A DNA stretch of 64,000 nucleotides from Candidatus Gottesmanbacteria bacterium (GTDB lineage: Bacteria > Patescibacteriota > Microgenomatia > 2-02-FULL-39-11), in contig JACPKY010000002.1 of assembly GCA_016186795.1 (NCBI GenBank), forward strand, positions 989,892 to 1,053,891, read 5' to 3'. A model generated the notes under the pieces. That model made no database searches. It was not told where the DNA came from and was given only the letters and a program-made list of their open reading frames with translations. Below are positions 37,373 to 46,760 of this stretch, piece after piece; positions within the stretch are counted from its first letter, which is position 1, and the number at the start of each line of letters is the position of its first letter. A program made the translations under genes and the position numbers.

Positions 37373-38073
37373 AGGTTTCCATCATCATTCCAGCTTTCAA
37401 TGAGGAAAAGTATATCGGCAAAACTCTTACGTCGATAAGAAATCTCCGAAGAGACGGGTTGGACGTTGAAGTGGTCGTTGTCGATGCTCACTCGACGGAT
37501 AAAACGGCCGCTATCGCGAAAGAATTTGGAGCACGGATTGTCAATGAGCCACACCTGGGTATCGGGTTTGCCAGACAGCAGGGTATTCTCCATGCCGGAG
37601 GTGACATTGTTGCTTTCACCGACGCAGATACGACAGTCGGAAAAGATTGGCTCATGCAGCATGTTTCTGCACTCCAAAAACCCAATGTTGCATTGACATT
37701 TGGGATGTTCCGGGTCGTTGATGGAAGATTTCCCTATTACCACTATATTAATTACATCCAGCCCCTCATCTATGCATTTTTGTATTACTTTGCGAAAGTT
37801 CCAATTGCATCCGGACAAAATTTAGCATTTTGGCGAAAGAAAGCACTCTCTATTGGTGGGTTTAACGACCATATTGAAGTGATGGAAGATATTGATTTAG
37901 CAGTACGGATGACAAAAATTGGAAAAGTAGTATATTTACCACACTGTACAGTTTACTCATCCGGAAGACGGTCACATGAAGGATGGCAATTTTTTACCCG
38001 CGCAACACGTGCTTCAATTCTCTATTTTTTCTTCAAAAAGAGAAATCTCGAGAAATTTCCCACGTATCGTTAG
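37369..38073 (+). CDS. Glycosyltransferase family 2
   Basis: IIIPAFNEEKYI plus TDADTT (DxD region). Confidence 0.7.
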   Translation: MKVSIIIPAFNEEKYIGKTLTSIRNLRRDGLDVEVVVVDAHSTDKTAAIAKEFGARIVNEPHLGIGFARQQGILHAGGDIVAFTDADTTVGKDWLMQHVSALQKPNVALTFGMFRVVDGRFPYYHYINYIQPLIYAFLYYFAKVPIASGQNLAFWRKKALSIGGFNDHIEVMEDIDLAVRMTKIGKVVYLPHCTVYSSGRRSHEGWQFFTRATRASILYFFFKKRNLEKFPTYR

Positions 38074-38082
38074 TCTCCTTAG

Positions 38083-39297
38083 TTAAAAATCTACACGAAG
38101 ATCAAGTGCCTTTTTCCAAAGACGTTTGAGTTGTTGAATTGTAAACGTTGTGAGGAGTGGTTGCGGAGTAGAAAGCCGAGTTTTATCATATTGGGAGATT
38201 GTGTGTCGAAACGTATCGATGAGTTTGTCAAAAATAACTGTTTGAGTAAACTCTTCTAAGACTTTATTTCGAGCTTGTTTCCCAAGAATTTTTGTAAATG
38301 TTGGTTGTCGTAGAAGGATATCAAGGACAACGGGAAGTTGTTGTTTGATTTTTGAACTGGGAAGGACAATTCCAGCGTCACCTAGGGTTTCGCTGTTACT
38401 TCCGGCATCACTTACAACACACGCAAGTCCTGTTGACATTGCTTCAAGAAGGGCAAGTGGCATCCCCTCAAATCGTGATGGCAAGACGAATATCTGACAT
38501 GAGCGGATGATATCGACCTTCTTTTTCTCCGCGAGTATCGAACCGGTGAATATGACGTGTGGATCCTGATATTTTTCTCGAAGTGTTTCTTCCTCCTCGC
38601 CTTGTCCTACAAGAATAAGATGAGAATCTCGGATGGCGGAACTTCGGAGGAATGATTGGATAAGCACTTCTGGGTTTTTTTGAAGCGTGAGTCTCCCAAG
38701 AAATAGTATACCGCGCCTGACGGAGTGCTCTTTTGCAAAAAGTGAGGCTCCTGGCGCATAGACTTTCGGATTAACGCCATTTGGAATGACGGTAATTTTT
38801 TTGGGGTCAATGCCTTTCCGAATATAAAAATGCGCCATCTTTTGGGTAAAAACATGAAGAAGGTTGAGTTGTCGGCACACAGGAAGGAAGAGAAGAAAAA
38901 GAGATTTTGCAAGAATCTGATAGGCATTGTGCTCCTGATTGAAGTCCGCATGCCAGACACCGGCCAAGGGAATTCTCAGTTCAAAACAAAGCCTGGGAAG
39001 AAGAAAATCCAAAGGGGAAAGACCGATATTCGTGTAAACAATATCTGGTTTGAGTTTTTGGAGATATTTCCGAATAACCGTTAAGGTTTTTTCATGAGGC
39101 AGAATGATAAATGATCGTTTTTCAGCAAGGTAGTAAGGAAGGCGATAGATGTTTTTTTGTCGTATTGGCTTTTGTGCAAATCGAAGGATATGAACTTCGT
39201 GGCCCCGTAAGGACATGTGTTCCATGAGACGTTTATTAAACGTCACGATTCCTCCAACTTTCATTGCTTCTTCTTTATCGAGAATGACGACCTTCAT
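38083..39297 (-). CDS. Glycosyltransferase family 4
   Basis: EGMPLALLEAMSTGLACVVSDAGS. Confidence 0.7.
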   Translation of the reverse strand: MKVVILDKEEAMKVGGIVTFNKRLMEHMSLRGHEVHILRFAQKPIRQKNIYRLPYYLAEKRSFIILPHEKTLTVIRKYLQKLKPDIVYTNIGLSPLDFLLPRLCFELRIPLAGVWHADFNQEHNAYQILAKSLFLLFLPVCRQLNLLHVFTQKMAHFYIRKGIDPKKITVIPNGVNPKVYAPGASLFAKEHSVRRGILFLGRLTLQKNPEVLIQSFLRSSAIRDSHLILVGQGEEEETLREKYQDPHVIFTGSILAEKKKVDIIRSCQIFVLPSRFEGMPLALLEAMSTGLACVVSDAGSNSETLGDAGIVLPSSKIKQQLPVVLDILLRQPTFTKILGKQARNKVLEEFTQTVIFDKLIDTFRHTISQYDKTRLSTPQPLLTTFTIQQLKRLWKKALDLRVDF

Positions 39298-39356
39298 GAA
39301 AATGTATTATAGCAGATCATAGTAGTCTTCTCTTTCCTTTCGTATGCTACAATGAG

Positions 39357-40562
39357 TTGGTGAGAATTGCCTTTTTCACTGATGCTTTTTTGCCACAGAT
39401 CAATGGGGTGGTAAGTTATGTTGTGGATGTTACTACGTGGCTTACAAAGAAAGGTCATACTGTTATCGTCTATGCACCAAAACCGCGAAGAAATTTTCAT
39501 ATTGACGTGAGTCAGTTTCCATTTCGACTTGTACTTTTGCCCTCCCTTCCATCGCCGATTTATCCGGATATTCGTATAACGATTCCATCACTTCCCAAAA
39601 TATTGCGCGACCTAAAAAGATCTCATATCGATGTTGTCCACATCAATGATCCTTGGACGGTGTGTATGGATGGAGTTGAGGCTGCAAAGTTACTTCGGAT
39701 ACCAATTGTTATGACGTATCATACTTTTTTCCTTGATACTGATATGCTAAAAAATATTCGATTTGGAAAAATATTAACAGCTCTTAGAAAACCCTTATCA
39801 CGTCTCATTACCTTTTTTCACAACTACGCAGATGTTGTTATTTGCCCTTCTTTTACAGCGCAGAAGGAACTTGAGAAATACGGGTTGAAAACTGCAACAG
39901 TTGTACTTCCCAACGGAATTGATCTTTCAAGGATACGAAGGTTGAAGAGTGCAGAAATAGTACAAAGGAGAGCCGAATTTGGCTTATCCTCCAAAGATTT
40001 TGTCGGATTGTACGTCGGCAGACTCTCAGCTGATAAGAGTGTTGATTTTTTAATTCGTGCCTGGAAGAACGTAGTCAGATCTCATCCATCGGCAAAACTT
40101 CTTCTTGTAGGGACTGGGCCAAAGGAGAAAGACATGAAAAAATTAGTTAGGATGCAAAAACTACAGTCTGCAGTCTTTTTTGCTGGATCAATTGAAAGGG
40201 ATAGTTTACTAAGTTCCGGTCTGTATAGTATGGCAGACATATTTATTACAGCAAGTAAGATTGAAAATCAGTCAATCGCCATGATTGAGGCCATGGCTCA
40301 TGGGTTGCCAATTGTTGCGGTTGATATGCGAGGCTCAAAAGAATTAGTCGATAGCACCAATGGATATCTCGTTCCACCTGATAGTATGGATGCGATGTCT
40401 CATGCTATACTTACTCTTATGAAAAGTAGCAAAAAAAGACAACTTCTTAGAAATGGTTCATTGTTCCGTGCAAAGGAATTTTCGAGTTCAACAGTTGTAA
40501 GTAAACTTGAAGGAACGTACTTCGCTTTGAGTCGCGGGAAAAAATACATTCCGTCTTCATGA
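39357..40562 (+). CDS. Glycosyltransferase family 4
   Basis: ENQSIAMIEAMAHGLPIVAVD. Confidence 0.7.
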   Translation: MVRIAFFTDAFLPQINGVVSYVVDVTTWLTKKGHTVIVYAPKPRRNFHIDVSQFPFRLVLLPSLPSPIYPDIRITIPSLPKILRDLKRSHIDVVHINDPWTVCMDGVEAAKLLRIPIVMTYHTFFLDTDMLKNIRFGKILTALRKPLSRLITFFHNYADVVICPSFTAQKELEKYGLKTATVVLPNGIDLSRIRRLKSAEIVQRRAEFGLSSKDFVGLYVGRLSADKSVDFLIRAWKNVVRSHPSAKLLLVGTGPKEKDMKKLVRMQKLQSAVFFAGSIERDSLLSSGLYSMADIFITASKIENQSIAMIEAMAHGLPIVAVDMRGSKELVDSTNGYLVPPDSMDAMSHAILTLMKSSKKRQLLRNGSLFRAKEFSSSTVVSKLEGTYFALSRGKKYIPSS

Positions 40563-41002
40563 CTATAACACCAAATCAGATCGTTCTTATCGTTCTTATC
40601 ATCCTTTTTGCTATGGTTGGCGGAATGGTTGATACCTACGCCTCATACAAATTTTTTCCTCCCAAAAGGAAACCGCCTCTTTGGTTTTCCCACTTTTTTT
40701 TGGTGTGGTGGCTTATTATCTTCGTCATTTCCTTTCCGTTTCTCTTCGCGTATGTAGCAAGCGGGTACTCTCCAACTATTATCAAAATGTTTGTGACATT
40801 TGGTATTCTTGCTTCTGTTGTCTGGGATCTCATTTTTTCCAAGATGTGGGCAGGAAAGTGGATCTCTGATTCGTGTAAAACATGGTTCTGGGTCGGAAAA
40901 CGCAATCTCGGGTTCACTAAAAAAACAGTGATTTGGCTCCATACGGTGAGAATACTTGTATTTGCAGTGTTGTTTTACACGTTTTTTATCCGCGTATCGT
41001 AA
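40559..41002 (+). CDS. Hypothetical membrane protein
   Basis: 147 aa with 4 TM segments. Confidence 0.3.
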   Translation: MTITPNQIVLIVLIILFAMVGGMVDTYASYKFFPPKRKPPLWFSHFFLVWWLIIFVISFPFLFAYVASGYSPTIIKMFVTFGILASVVWDLIFSKMWAGKWISDSCKTWFWVGKRNLGFTKKTVIWLHTVRILVFAVLFYTFFIRVS

Positions 41003-41022
41003 AATCAGGAAAAATTTCAAGA

Positions 41023-41889
41023 ATGCCGGAATATTTTTTTTCTGTCATCATACCGATTCTAAACGAGGAAAAGTTTCTTCCCTTTTTACTCACCGACCTT
41101 TCTAGGCAAGTATTTCACCAATTTGAAGTCATTATTATCGATGCCTATTCCGATGATGATTCAACTGTTCTGGCAGAGAAGTTTCGAAAGAAATTACCCC
41201 ATTTAACTATTGTACAAAGCAAAAAAAGAAATTCACGGTATCAGAGGAATAAAGGTGTCCGTTTTGCGAAAGGGAACTATCTTGTTCTATTTGAGGCAGA
41301 CGTTCGAGTTTCTCCGACGTTTCTGAAAGAGGTCTATGCTGCGATACAAGAAAAACCTGCAGATTGTTATGCTACGTTTCTTGAAATTAGAAGTGATTCG
41401 CCCATTGAGCAATTATTGATTTGTCTCTCAAATATGGCGCTGGTAGGCCTTCAATATATCAGAAAACCATTTGGAGGAGGATTTAATACGATTGTATTGA
41501 AAGATGCATATCGTAAATTAAAAGGGTATCGTGAAGATGCTTGCATTTCAGACGATCATGATTTTGTAACACGACTTTATCAGGCAGGCTATCAGTATCG
41601 AGTATTAACAAGGCCAAAGGTAATCTACTCCTTACGCCGTTTTTATAAACAAGGGACAATACCTGTCATGTGGCTCTATATTAGTGCGGCAATCTATTTT
41701 ATTCTAAAGGGAGAACCGCAGAAAGCGGAAAATTTCTCGTATCCTATGGGAGGTCATCTCTATGACAAGCCTTCTCGGTATAGGTATAGTTTCCTCATCA
41801 ATCAGGTAAATTATTATTCTGATAGGATTTACCGCCACGCTCAGAATGTAAACATGAAGATTAATTCATGGTATCGGAGATATTTTTAA
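41023..41889 (+). CDS. Glycosyltransferase family 2 (start moved to MPEYFFSVIIP)
   Basis: SVIIPILNEEKFL and IIIDAYSDD. Confidence 0.65.
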   Translation: MPEYFFSVIIPILNEEKFLPFLLTDLSRQVFHQFEVIIIDAYSDDDSTVLAEKFRKKLPHLTIVQSKKRNSRYQRNKGVRFAKGNYLVLFEADVRVSPTFLKEVYAAIQEKPADCYATFLEIRSDSPIEQLLICLSNMALVGLQYIRKPFGGGFNTIVLKDAYRKLKGYREDACISDDHDFVTRLYQAGYQYRVLTRPKVIYSLRRFYKQGTIPVMWLYISAAIYFILKGEPQKAENFSYPMGGHLYDKPSRYRYSFLINQVNYYSDRIYRHAQNVNMKINSWYRRYF

Positions 41890-41897
41890 AAAAAATC

Positions 41898-43259
41898 ATG
41901 AATATCATTGCCGATCTTCAACTCCATTCCAAATACGCAAGAGCAGTTTCTCAAGAGATGGTCATTCCCAAAATGTGGGAGTGGGGGAAGCGAAAAGGAA
42001 TTGGCATCTTAGCAACTGGCGATTGGACACATCCACTTTGGATGAGAGAGATAAAAACGTACTGCGAAGAGATGGGGAATGGACTACTGAAGCTCAAAAA
42101 TCATCCGCCAGTTGGCGGATCAAATATCAAAAATGAAGAGGATGGGCCGTATTTTTTATTAGAATCAGAAGTCTCGTGCATATACTCTCAAGGAGGAAAA
42201 GCAAGACGGATTCATACGCTCATTTGGGCTCCAACAGTTGAGAGCGCGGAAAAAATAAATAAAGAATTGACAAGACAGGGAGCAAACCTCATGTCAGATG
42301 GTAGACCTATCATCGGCCTTACCAGTATTGAGGTTTGTGATATCGTTTTTTCTATTGACCCGAAGTGTTTGATCATACCCGCTCATATTTGGACACCGTG
42401 GTTTTCCCTTTACGGATCGGAATCTGGTTTCGATTCAATATCTGAGGCATATGGGCGGTTTGCGAAAGATATTTATGCTGTGGAGACGGGCCTTTCAAGT
42501 GATCCAGCGATGAACTGGCGAATCAAGGAGCTGGATACACGCGCTATCGTCTCTTTTTCTGATGCTCATTCAGGACCAAAGTTGGGGAGAGAAGCGACAG
42601 TATTTGATTTACACACACTTAGTTTCGACTCAATACGAGAAGCGTTAAAGCAAAACAGTGAGGCCGAAAATCGAATAGCGTATACTATCGAGTTTTATCC
42701 CGAGGAGGGAAAATACCACTATACAGGTCATAGAAACTGTGATGTGAAGCAGACGCCTTCTCAAACACGGGAGAAAGGAACACTTTGCCCTGTCTGTGGA
42801 CGCAAACTTACTGTTGGAGTTATGCATAGAGTAGAAGAATTGGCAGGAAGAACCGAAGAAGAGTTGAAAATCATAAAAAGAGAATTAGGTGGTACGAAGA
42901 TGGAAGGGATATATTCAGAAACCTTTCCCAACAGGCCTTCGTATGTGATGATGGTTCCACTTCAGGAGATTTTATCCGAAGCAATTGGTACCGTCCCAAC
43001 AAGTGTCACTACTCAAAATGAATACAAAAAATTGACTGATCATTTAGGGGGAGAGTTTCACATTCTTTTACAAAAAGATCTTGCGGATATTGCCAAAGTT
43101 TCTGGGGAGCGCGTTGCCCAGTCAATTGAAAAGGTACGGAAGGGTAATATTGTTGTTGATCCGGGGTATGATGGAGTATTTGGTATTGTGAAAATTTGGG
43201 GAAATGAAAAGGAAAAAGAAGAGAAAGATGAGAAAGAGCAGTTGAGTTTGTTTGGATAA
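41898..43259 (+). CDS. PHP-domain protein, endonuclease Q-like (TIGR00375-type); carries an in-frame palindromic-repeat insertion
   Basis: N-terminal ADLQLHSKYA PHP start. Later His/Asp ligands. C-terminal Cys cluster C..CPVCGRKLTVGVMHRV. The insert KNHPPVGGSNIKNEEDG is present. Confidence 0.45.
   Translation: MNIIADLQLHSKYARAVSQEMVIPKMWEWGKRKGIGILATGDWTHPLWMREIKTYCEEMGNGLLKLKNHPPVGGSNIKNEEDGPYFLLESEVSCIYSQGGKARRIHTLIWAPTVESAEKINKELTRQGANLMSDGRPIIGLTSIEVCDIVFSIDPKCLIIPAHIWTPWFSLYGSESGFDSISEAYGRFAKDIYAVETGLSSDPAMNWRIKELDTRAIVSFSDAHSGPKLGREATVFDLHTLSFDSIREALKQNSEAENRIAYTIEFYPEEGKYHYTGHRNCDVKQTPSQTREKGTLCPVCGRKLTVGVMHRVEELAGRTEEELKIIKRELGGTKMEGIYSETFPNRPSYVMMVPLQEILSEAIGTVPTSVTTQNEYKKLTDHLGGEFHILLQKDLADIAKVSGERVAQSIEKVRKGNIVVDPGYDGVFGIVKIWGNEKEKEEKDEKEQLSLFG
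42094..42134. repeat. Palindrome-centred repeat element, copy 3 (one substitution in the core: TCCGCCAGTTGGCGGA; third reading frame)
   Basis: TCAAAAATCA-TCCGCCAGTTGGCGGA-TCAAATATCAAAAAT, core at 42104-42119. Confidence 0.65.
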
Positions 43260-44217
43260 GATGCTTACTTGCCGCCAAATTGGTCTTGATGATCGTCATT
43301 ACTGGGATGATCTAATAAGTAAGAGTTCTACCGCATCCTTTTTCCAAACCCGCGAGTGGATTTCTCTTTGGATGAAACATTTTAAAGGAAATCCATATAT
43401 CGTAGGAGTTTTTGAAGAGGAAGATTGTATCGGAATTGGTCCATTTGAAAAAAAGGGTACTACATTTGAATTATTGGGAAGTTCTGAAGTGTTAGGGAAG
43501 GAACTTATTAGTGATTACGGCGATATTATTGCACAATCTGGGAGAGAAGAAGAAGTTTGGAAGTCTCTTTTGGCATATAGAGAAAAAGAATATCAAGGAT
43601 TGGTTCTTCGATTTCGATTCATTCAAGCTGATTCCCCAAGCTCTTCGATTCTTGCGAGCCTTGGCTTTGTGAAGGAAAAAAAAGATATTTCTCCGCAACT
43701 TTCCCTTCCAGGTTCATGGGATGAGTATCTTTTATTGCTTGATCGGCATAACCGTCATGAGCTTCGGAGAAAAATGAAACGGCTGGGAGTCTCTTTGAGA
43801 AATCTTGTGGTATCAGAGTGTACAAGTTCCGATATTGATATTTTCTTCCATCTTATGGGGGAAAGTTCACCTCAGAAAGCGGCCTTTTTAACTCCTCTCA
43901 TGAAAGCATTTTTCCAAGATATGATCAAGTTCTACTACGAGCAAAGTCTGCTTGAGCTAATTTTTCTTAACTTCGAGGGCAAATCTGTTGCAGGAGCACT
44001 CGTGTTTTTGTATAAGAATGATGTGCTATTATATAACTCCGGATTTGATAGGACGGTCTATAATCTATCGCCGGGATTTATCTTGTCTGCTCTTCTTATT
44101 CAAAAAGCAATCGAAGAGAAACGACGTCGATTTGATTTCCTCCGGGGAGAGGAGCGGTATAAATTCGATCTTGGTGCACAAGCTCGAGACGTTTATACAT
44201 TTTCAAAGAAACTATGA
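43252..44217 (+). CDS. GNAT-fold acyltransferase (FemAB/CelD/BioF2-like)
   Basis: About 320 aa with a duplicated acyl-CoA N-acyltransferase-like pattern. Position in a glycan cluster. Weak. Confidence 0.35.
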   Translation: MDKMLTCRQIGLDDRHYWDDLISKSSTASFFQTREWISLWMKHFKGNPYIVGVFEEEDCIGIGPFEKKGTTFELLGSSEVLGKELISDYGDIIAQSGREEEVWKSLLAYREKEYQGLVLRFRFIQADSPSSSILASLGFVKEKKDISPQLSLPGSWDEYLLLLDRHNRHELRRKMKRLGVSLRNLVVSECTSSDIDIFFHLMGESSPQKAAFLTPLMKAFFQDMIKFYYEQSLLELIFLNFEGKSVAGALVFLYKNDVLLYNSGFDRTVYNLSPGFILSALLIQKAIEEKRRRFDFLRGEERYKFDLGAQARDVYTFSKKL

Positions 44218-45005
44218 GAGAGAGACGCTTACTTGCGGTTTTTGCTCATCCTGACGACGAAGCATTTGGTCCGGCTGGGGCAATTGCAAAATATGCACAT
44301 GAAGGAGTCGAGGTACATGTGTTGACAGCAACAAAAGGTGAAAAAGGCGAGTGGCAACAAGAGAAAATCAAAAATCAATCCGCCAGCTGGCGGACAAAAA
44401 TCAAAAGTGAGGAAGTAATTAAAATTACAGAAAAAGTGAAGATTGAACATGTAAGAGAAAAAGAATTATTGGCATCTGCAAAGATATTGGAGGTTGCGAA
44501 AGTAGAGTTCTTAGATTTTATAGACGGGACACTCTGTAATGCGGTATATCATAAGCTCGCTAATAAAGTTATTCAAAAGATCAATGCTTTTCAACCTCAT
44601 GTTGTTATAACATTGGATCGGCTAGGTGTTTCTGGGCATCTTGACCATATTGCGGTGTCTCTCACGACTACGTATGCATTTCAAAAAACAACATTTCCAA
44701 AGAAGTTGTACTATGAGTGTCTCCCTCAAAAAATCAGGAAAAACGATCCGGTGATGGATACCTATTTTATCTATTTTCCCGAAGGATTTCGTGATGAAGA
44801 AATAACCACCCGTATTGATTATTCTGCATATTGGGACAAAAAAGTTGCAGCGATGAGGGCACATAAAAGTCAGAGTAAAGACGTCGGCAATATCCTAACG
44901 AGACTTTCCAAATGGCCGAAGGTAGACTATTTCATACTCCAGATGCATCGGGGTGTTCCTGTAAAGTTACCGGAAACAGATTTGTTTGCAGGAGTAAAGA
45001 TTTAA
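44214..45005 (+). CDS. PIG-L/LmbE family deacetylase; carries an in-frame palindromic-repeat insertion
   Basis: AVFAHPDDEAFG zinc-binding motif. The insert EKIKNQSASWRTKIKSEEVIK is present. Confidence 0.8.
   Translation: MRERRLLAVFAHPDDEAFGPAGAIAKYAHEGVEVHVLTATKGEKGEWQQEKIKNQSASWRTKIKSEEVIKITEKVKIEHVREKELLASAKILEVAKVEFLDFIDGTLCNAVYHKLANKVIQKINAFQPHVVITLDRLGVSGHLDHIAVSLTTTYAFQKTTFPKKLYYECLPQKIRKNDPVMDTYFIYFPEGFRDEEITTRIDYSAYWDKKVAAMRAHKSQSKDVGNILTRLSKWPKVDYFILQMHRGVPVKLPETDLFAGVKI
44364..44400. repeat. Palindrome-centred repeat element, copy 4 (34-mer identical to copies 1 and 2; second reading frame)
   Basis: AAAATCAAAAATCAA-TCCGCCAGCTGGCGGA-CAAAAA, core at 44379-44394. Confidence 0.75.
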
Positions 45006-45051
45006 TTTCGCATTGCAGTTTTGGAAAAATGTGGTAGGCTAAAGACGAGAA

Positions 45052-45462
45052 ATGTTTCTTATGGCACGTCAGTCAATCTCTCATGAAAGACTTCTTGGAC
45101 TTGCTGCCTATGTACTTGCTCCTCTTGTATTCTACAGTCGAGTTGGAAGTTATGGACTCTATCTAGGGCTTTTGGGGCTTGTGCCTCCTTTTTTCCTTCT
45201 CTACAAAGAAAAGAAAAATGCGTTCGTGAGATTCCATGCAATGCAATCACTTGTATTTTTTGGCGCAGTGTATCTTCTGATTCTCGTTCTTGATTTCATT
45301 CCAATTTTGGGTTGGATTATTGGTTTATTACTCTCACCTGTCATTACACTCGTCAGTTTTATCGTGTGGTTACTGCTTCTATGGAGGACATATCTCGGTG
45401 AGAAATATTACTTACCATATTTCGGTGAGCTAGCCCAAAGGCAGGTAGAAAAACTAAAGTAG
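45052..45462 (+). CDS. DUF4870-like small membrane protein
   Basis: FHAMQS motif plus 3 TM segments. Confidence 0.35.
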   Translation: MFLMARQSISHERLLGLAAYVLAPLVFYSRVGSYGLYLGLLGLVPPFFLLYKEKKNAFVRFHAMQSLVFFGAVYLLILVLDFIPILGWIIGLLLSPVITLVSFIVWLLLLWRTYLGEKYYLPYFGELAQRQVEKLK

Positions 45463-45464
45463 AT

Positions 45465-46064
45465 ATGAAACTCATTGTTGGTCTGGGAAATCCTGGCGGA
45501 AAGTTTGAATACACGCGTCATAATATCGGATTTATGGTTGTCGATAAATTCTTACGTCATAAACTGCCACTTCTGCCATCCCTCAAAGCTTGGAAGAGGG
45601 ATGAATCGTTTAAATCAGAAATCTATAAGCATGATGATCTTGTTATTGCAAAACCACAGACATATATGAATTTATCTGGGGTATCGGTCTCTTCAATTGC
45701 CCGATTTTACAAAATCACCCCTGAAAATGTTTGGGTTATCCATGATGATATAGATCTTCCCATTGGGAAAATCCGGATTAGGAAAGGTGGGGCAACAGCA
45801 GGCCATCATGGGATTGAATCAATTCTGAAAGAACTGGGGACAAGTGAATTTGTACGGTTTCGACTTGGGATTGGAAAAGGGAAACTTGAAAAGATTGGAT
45901 CAGCCGATCAGAATCTTCATCGGCAGGATGTAGAGAAATTTGTTGTGTCGAAGTTTCGCGATAGTGAGGGTGGAGAAGTGAAAAAACTAATAAAGCATGC
46001 GGTTAATGCTCTTGAAATTGCCTTGAAGGATGGGTTAGAGAAGGCGATGAATAGGTTTAATTAA
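45465..46064 (+). CDS. pth: Peptidyl-tRNA hydrolase
   Basis: MKLIVGLGNPG...TRHNIGF start and HHG region, with an insertion. Confidence 0.85.
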   Translation: MKLIVGLGNPGGKFEYTRHNIGFMVVDKFLRHKLPLLPSLKAWKRDESFKSEIYKHDDLVIAKPQTYMNLSGVSVSSIARFYKITPENVWVIHDDIDLPIGKIRIRKGGATAGHHGIESILKELGTSEFVRFRLGIGKGKLEKIGSADQNLHRQDVEKFVVSKFRDSEGGEVKKLIKHAVNALEIALKDGLEKAMNRFN

Positions 46065-46115
46065 TATTCCTTTCTTTGGTTGTTCAAAGAAAGTGACCAA
46101 AGAAAAACTACGAAA

Positions 46116-46745
46116 TCATCCAGCGGGGGAATTAGGAGGTTGGTGTGCATTTTTGTACGCCTGATTTTCAAACGTTACTTTATTTTCCTCAAAACTTCGA
46201 TCATCGACCATGACTGGAAACGGTATTTGACCAAATACGCGTTCCAAATCAGCTAGCATCGATTGCACCGTTGGTGTATCAAAGTTCTCTGAAAAAAGAA
46301 TCAAATCTGGTTTTACGAAATATCGTAGCTCCGTAAAACCACGTAACCTTTTTTTATCATATCCTGTGGCAGCTTTGGCTTCAGGGGTATATACAGCCCA
46401 TGATAATTGGTGTGGGTCCGTTTCAGTGAGAAGGAATTCTTTTGCCAACCTTAATTTGCCATTTGTTGCTTCGTTTCGTATTCTTTCTAGTAATTGAGTA
46501 CTTGTGTACGTTAAATCCCAATATATCTCACTCACCTCACCATTTCTTACTTGCTCTTCTTGCGCCATATTGATAAGGATTTGATACATGGCCGCGGCAC
46601 TTTCTCCAAGTTCGGTTCTAACTTTTTGTTCGACTTGAGAGTTTAACAAAGAAATATCTTGTTGAGGTGGAATAACGTGTTGCGGATCTACAGTTTCTTC
46701 TGACATGAGATTATTATGCCAAGCCAATCCAGAAAATTCAATCAA
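46116..46745 (-). CDS. Hypothetical protein
   Basis: 209-aa ORF. No motif. Confidence 0.25.
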   Translation of the reverse strand: MIEFSGLAWHNNLMSEETVDPQHVIPPQQDISLLNSQVEQKVRTELGESAAAMYQILINMAQEEQVRNGEVSEIYWDLTYTSTQLLERIRNEATNGKLRLAKEFLLTETDPHQLSWAVYTPEAKAATGYDKKRLRGFTELRYFVKPDLILFSENFDTPTVQSMLADLERVFGQIPFPVMVDDRSFEENKVTFENQAYKNAHQPPNSPAG

Positions 46746-46760
46746 GGAGAAAAAGCAAAA

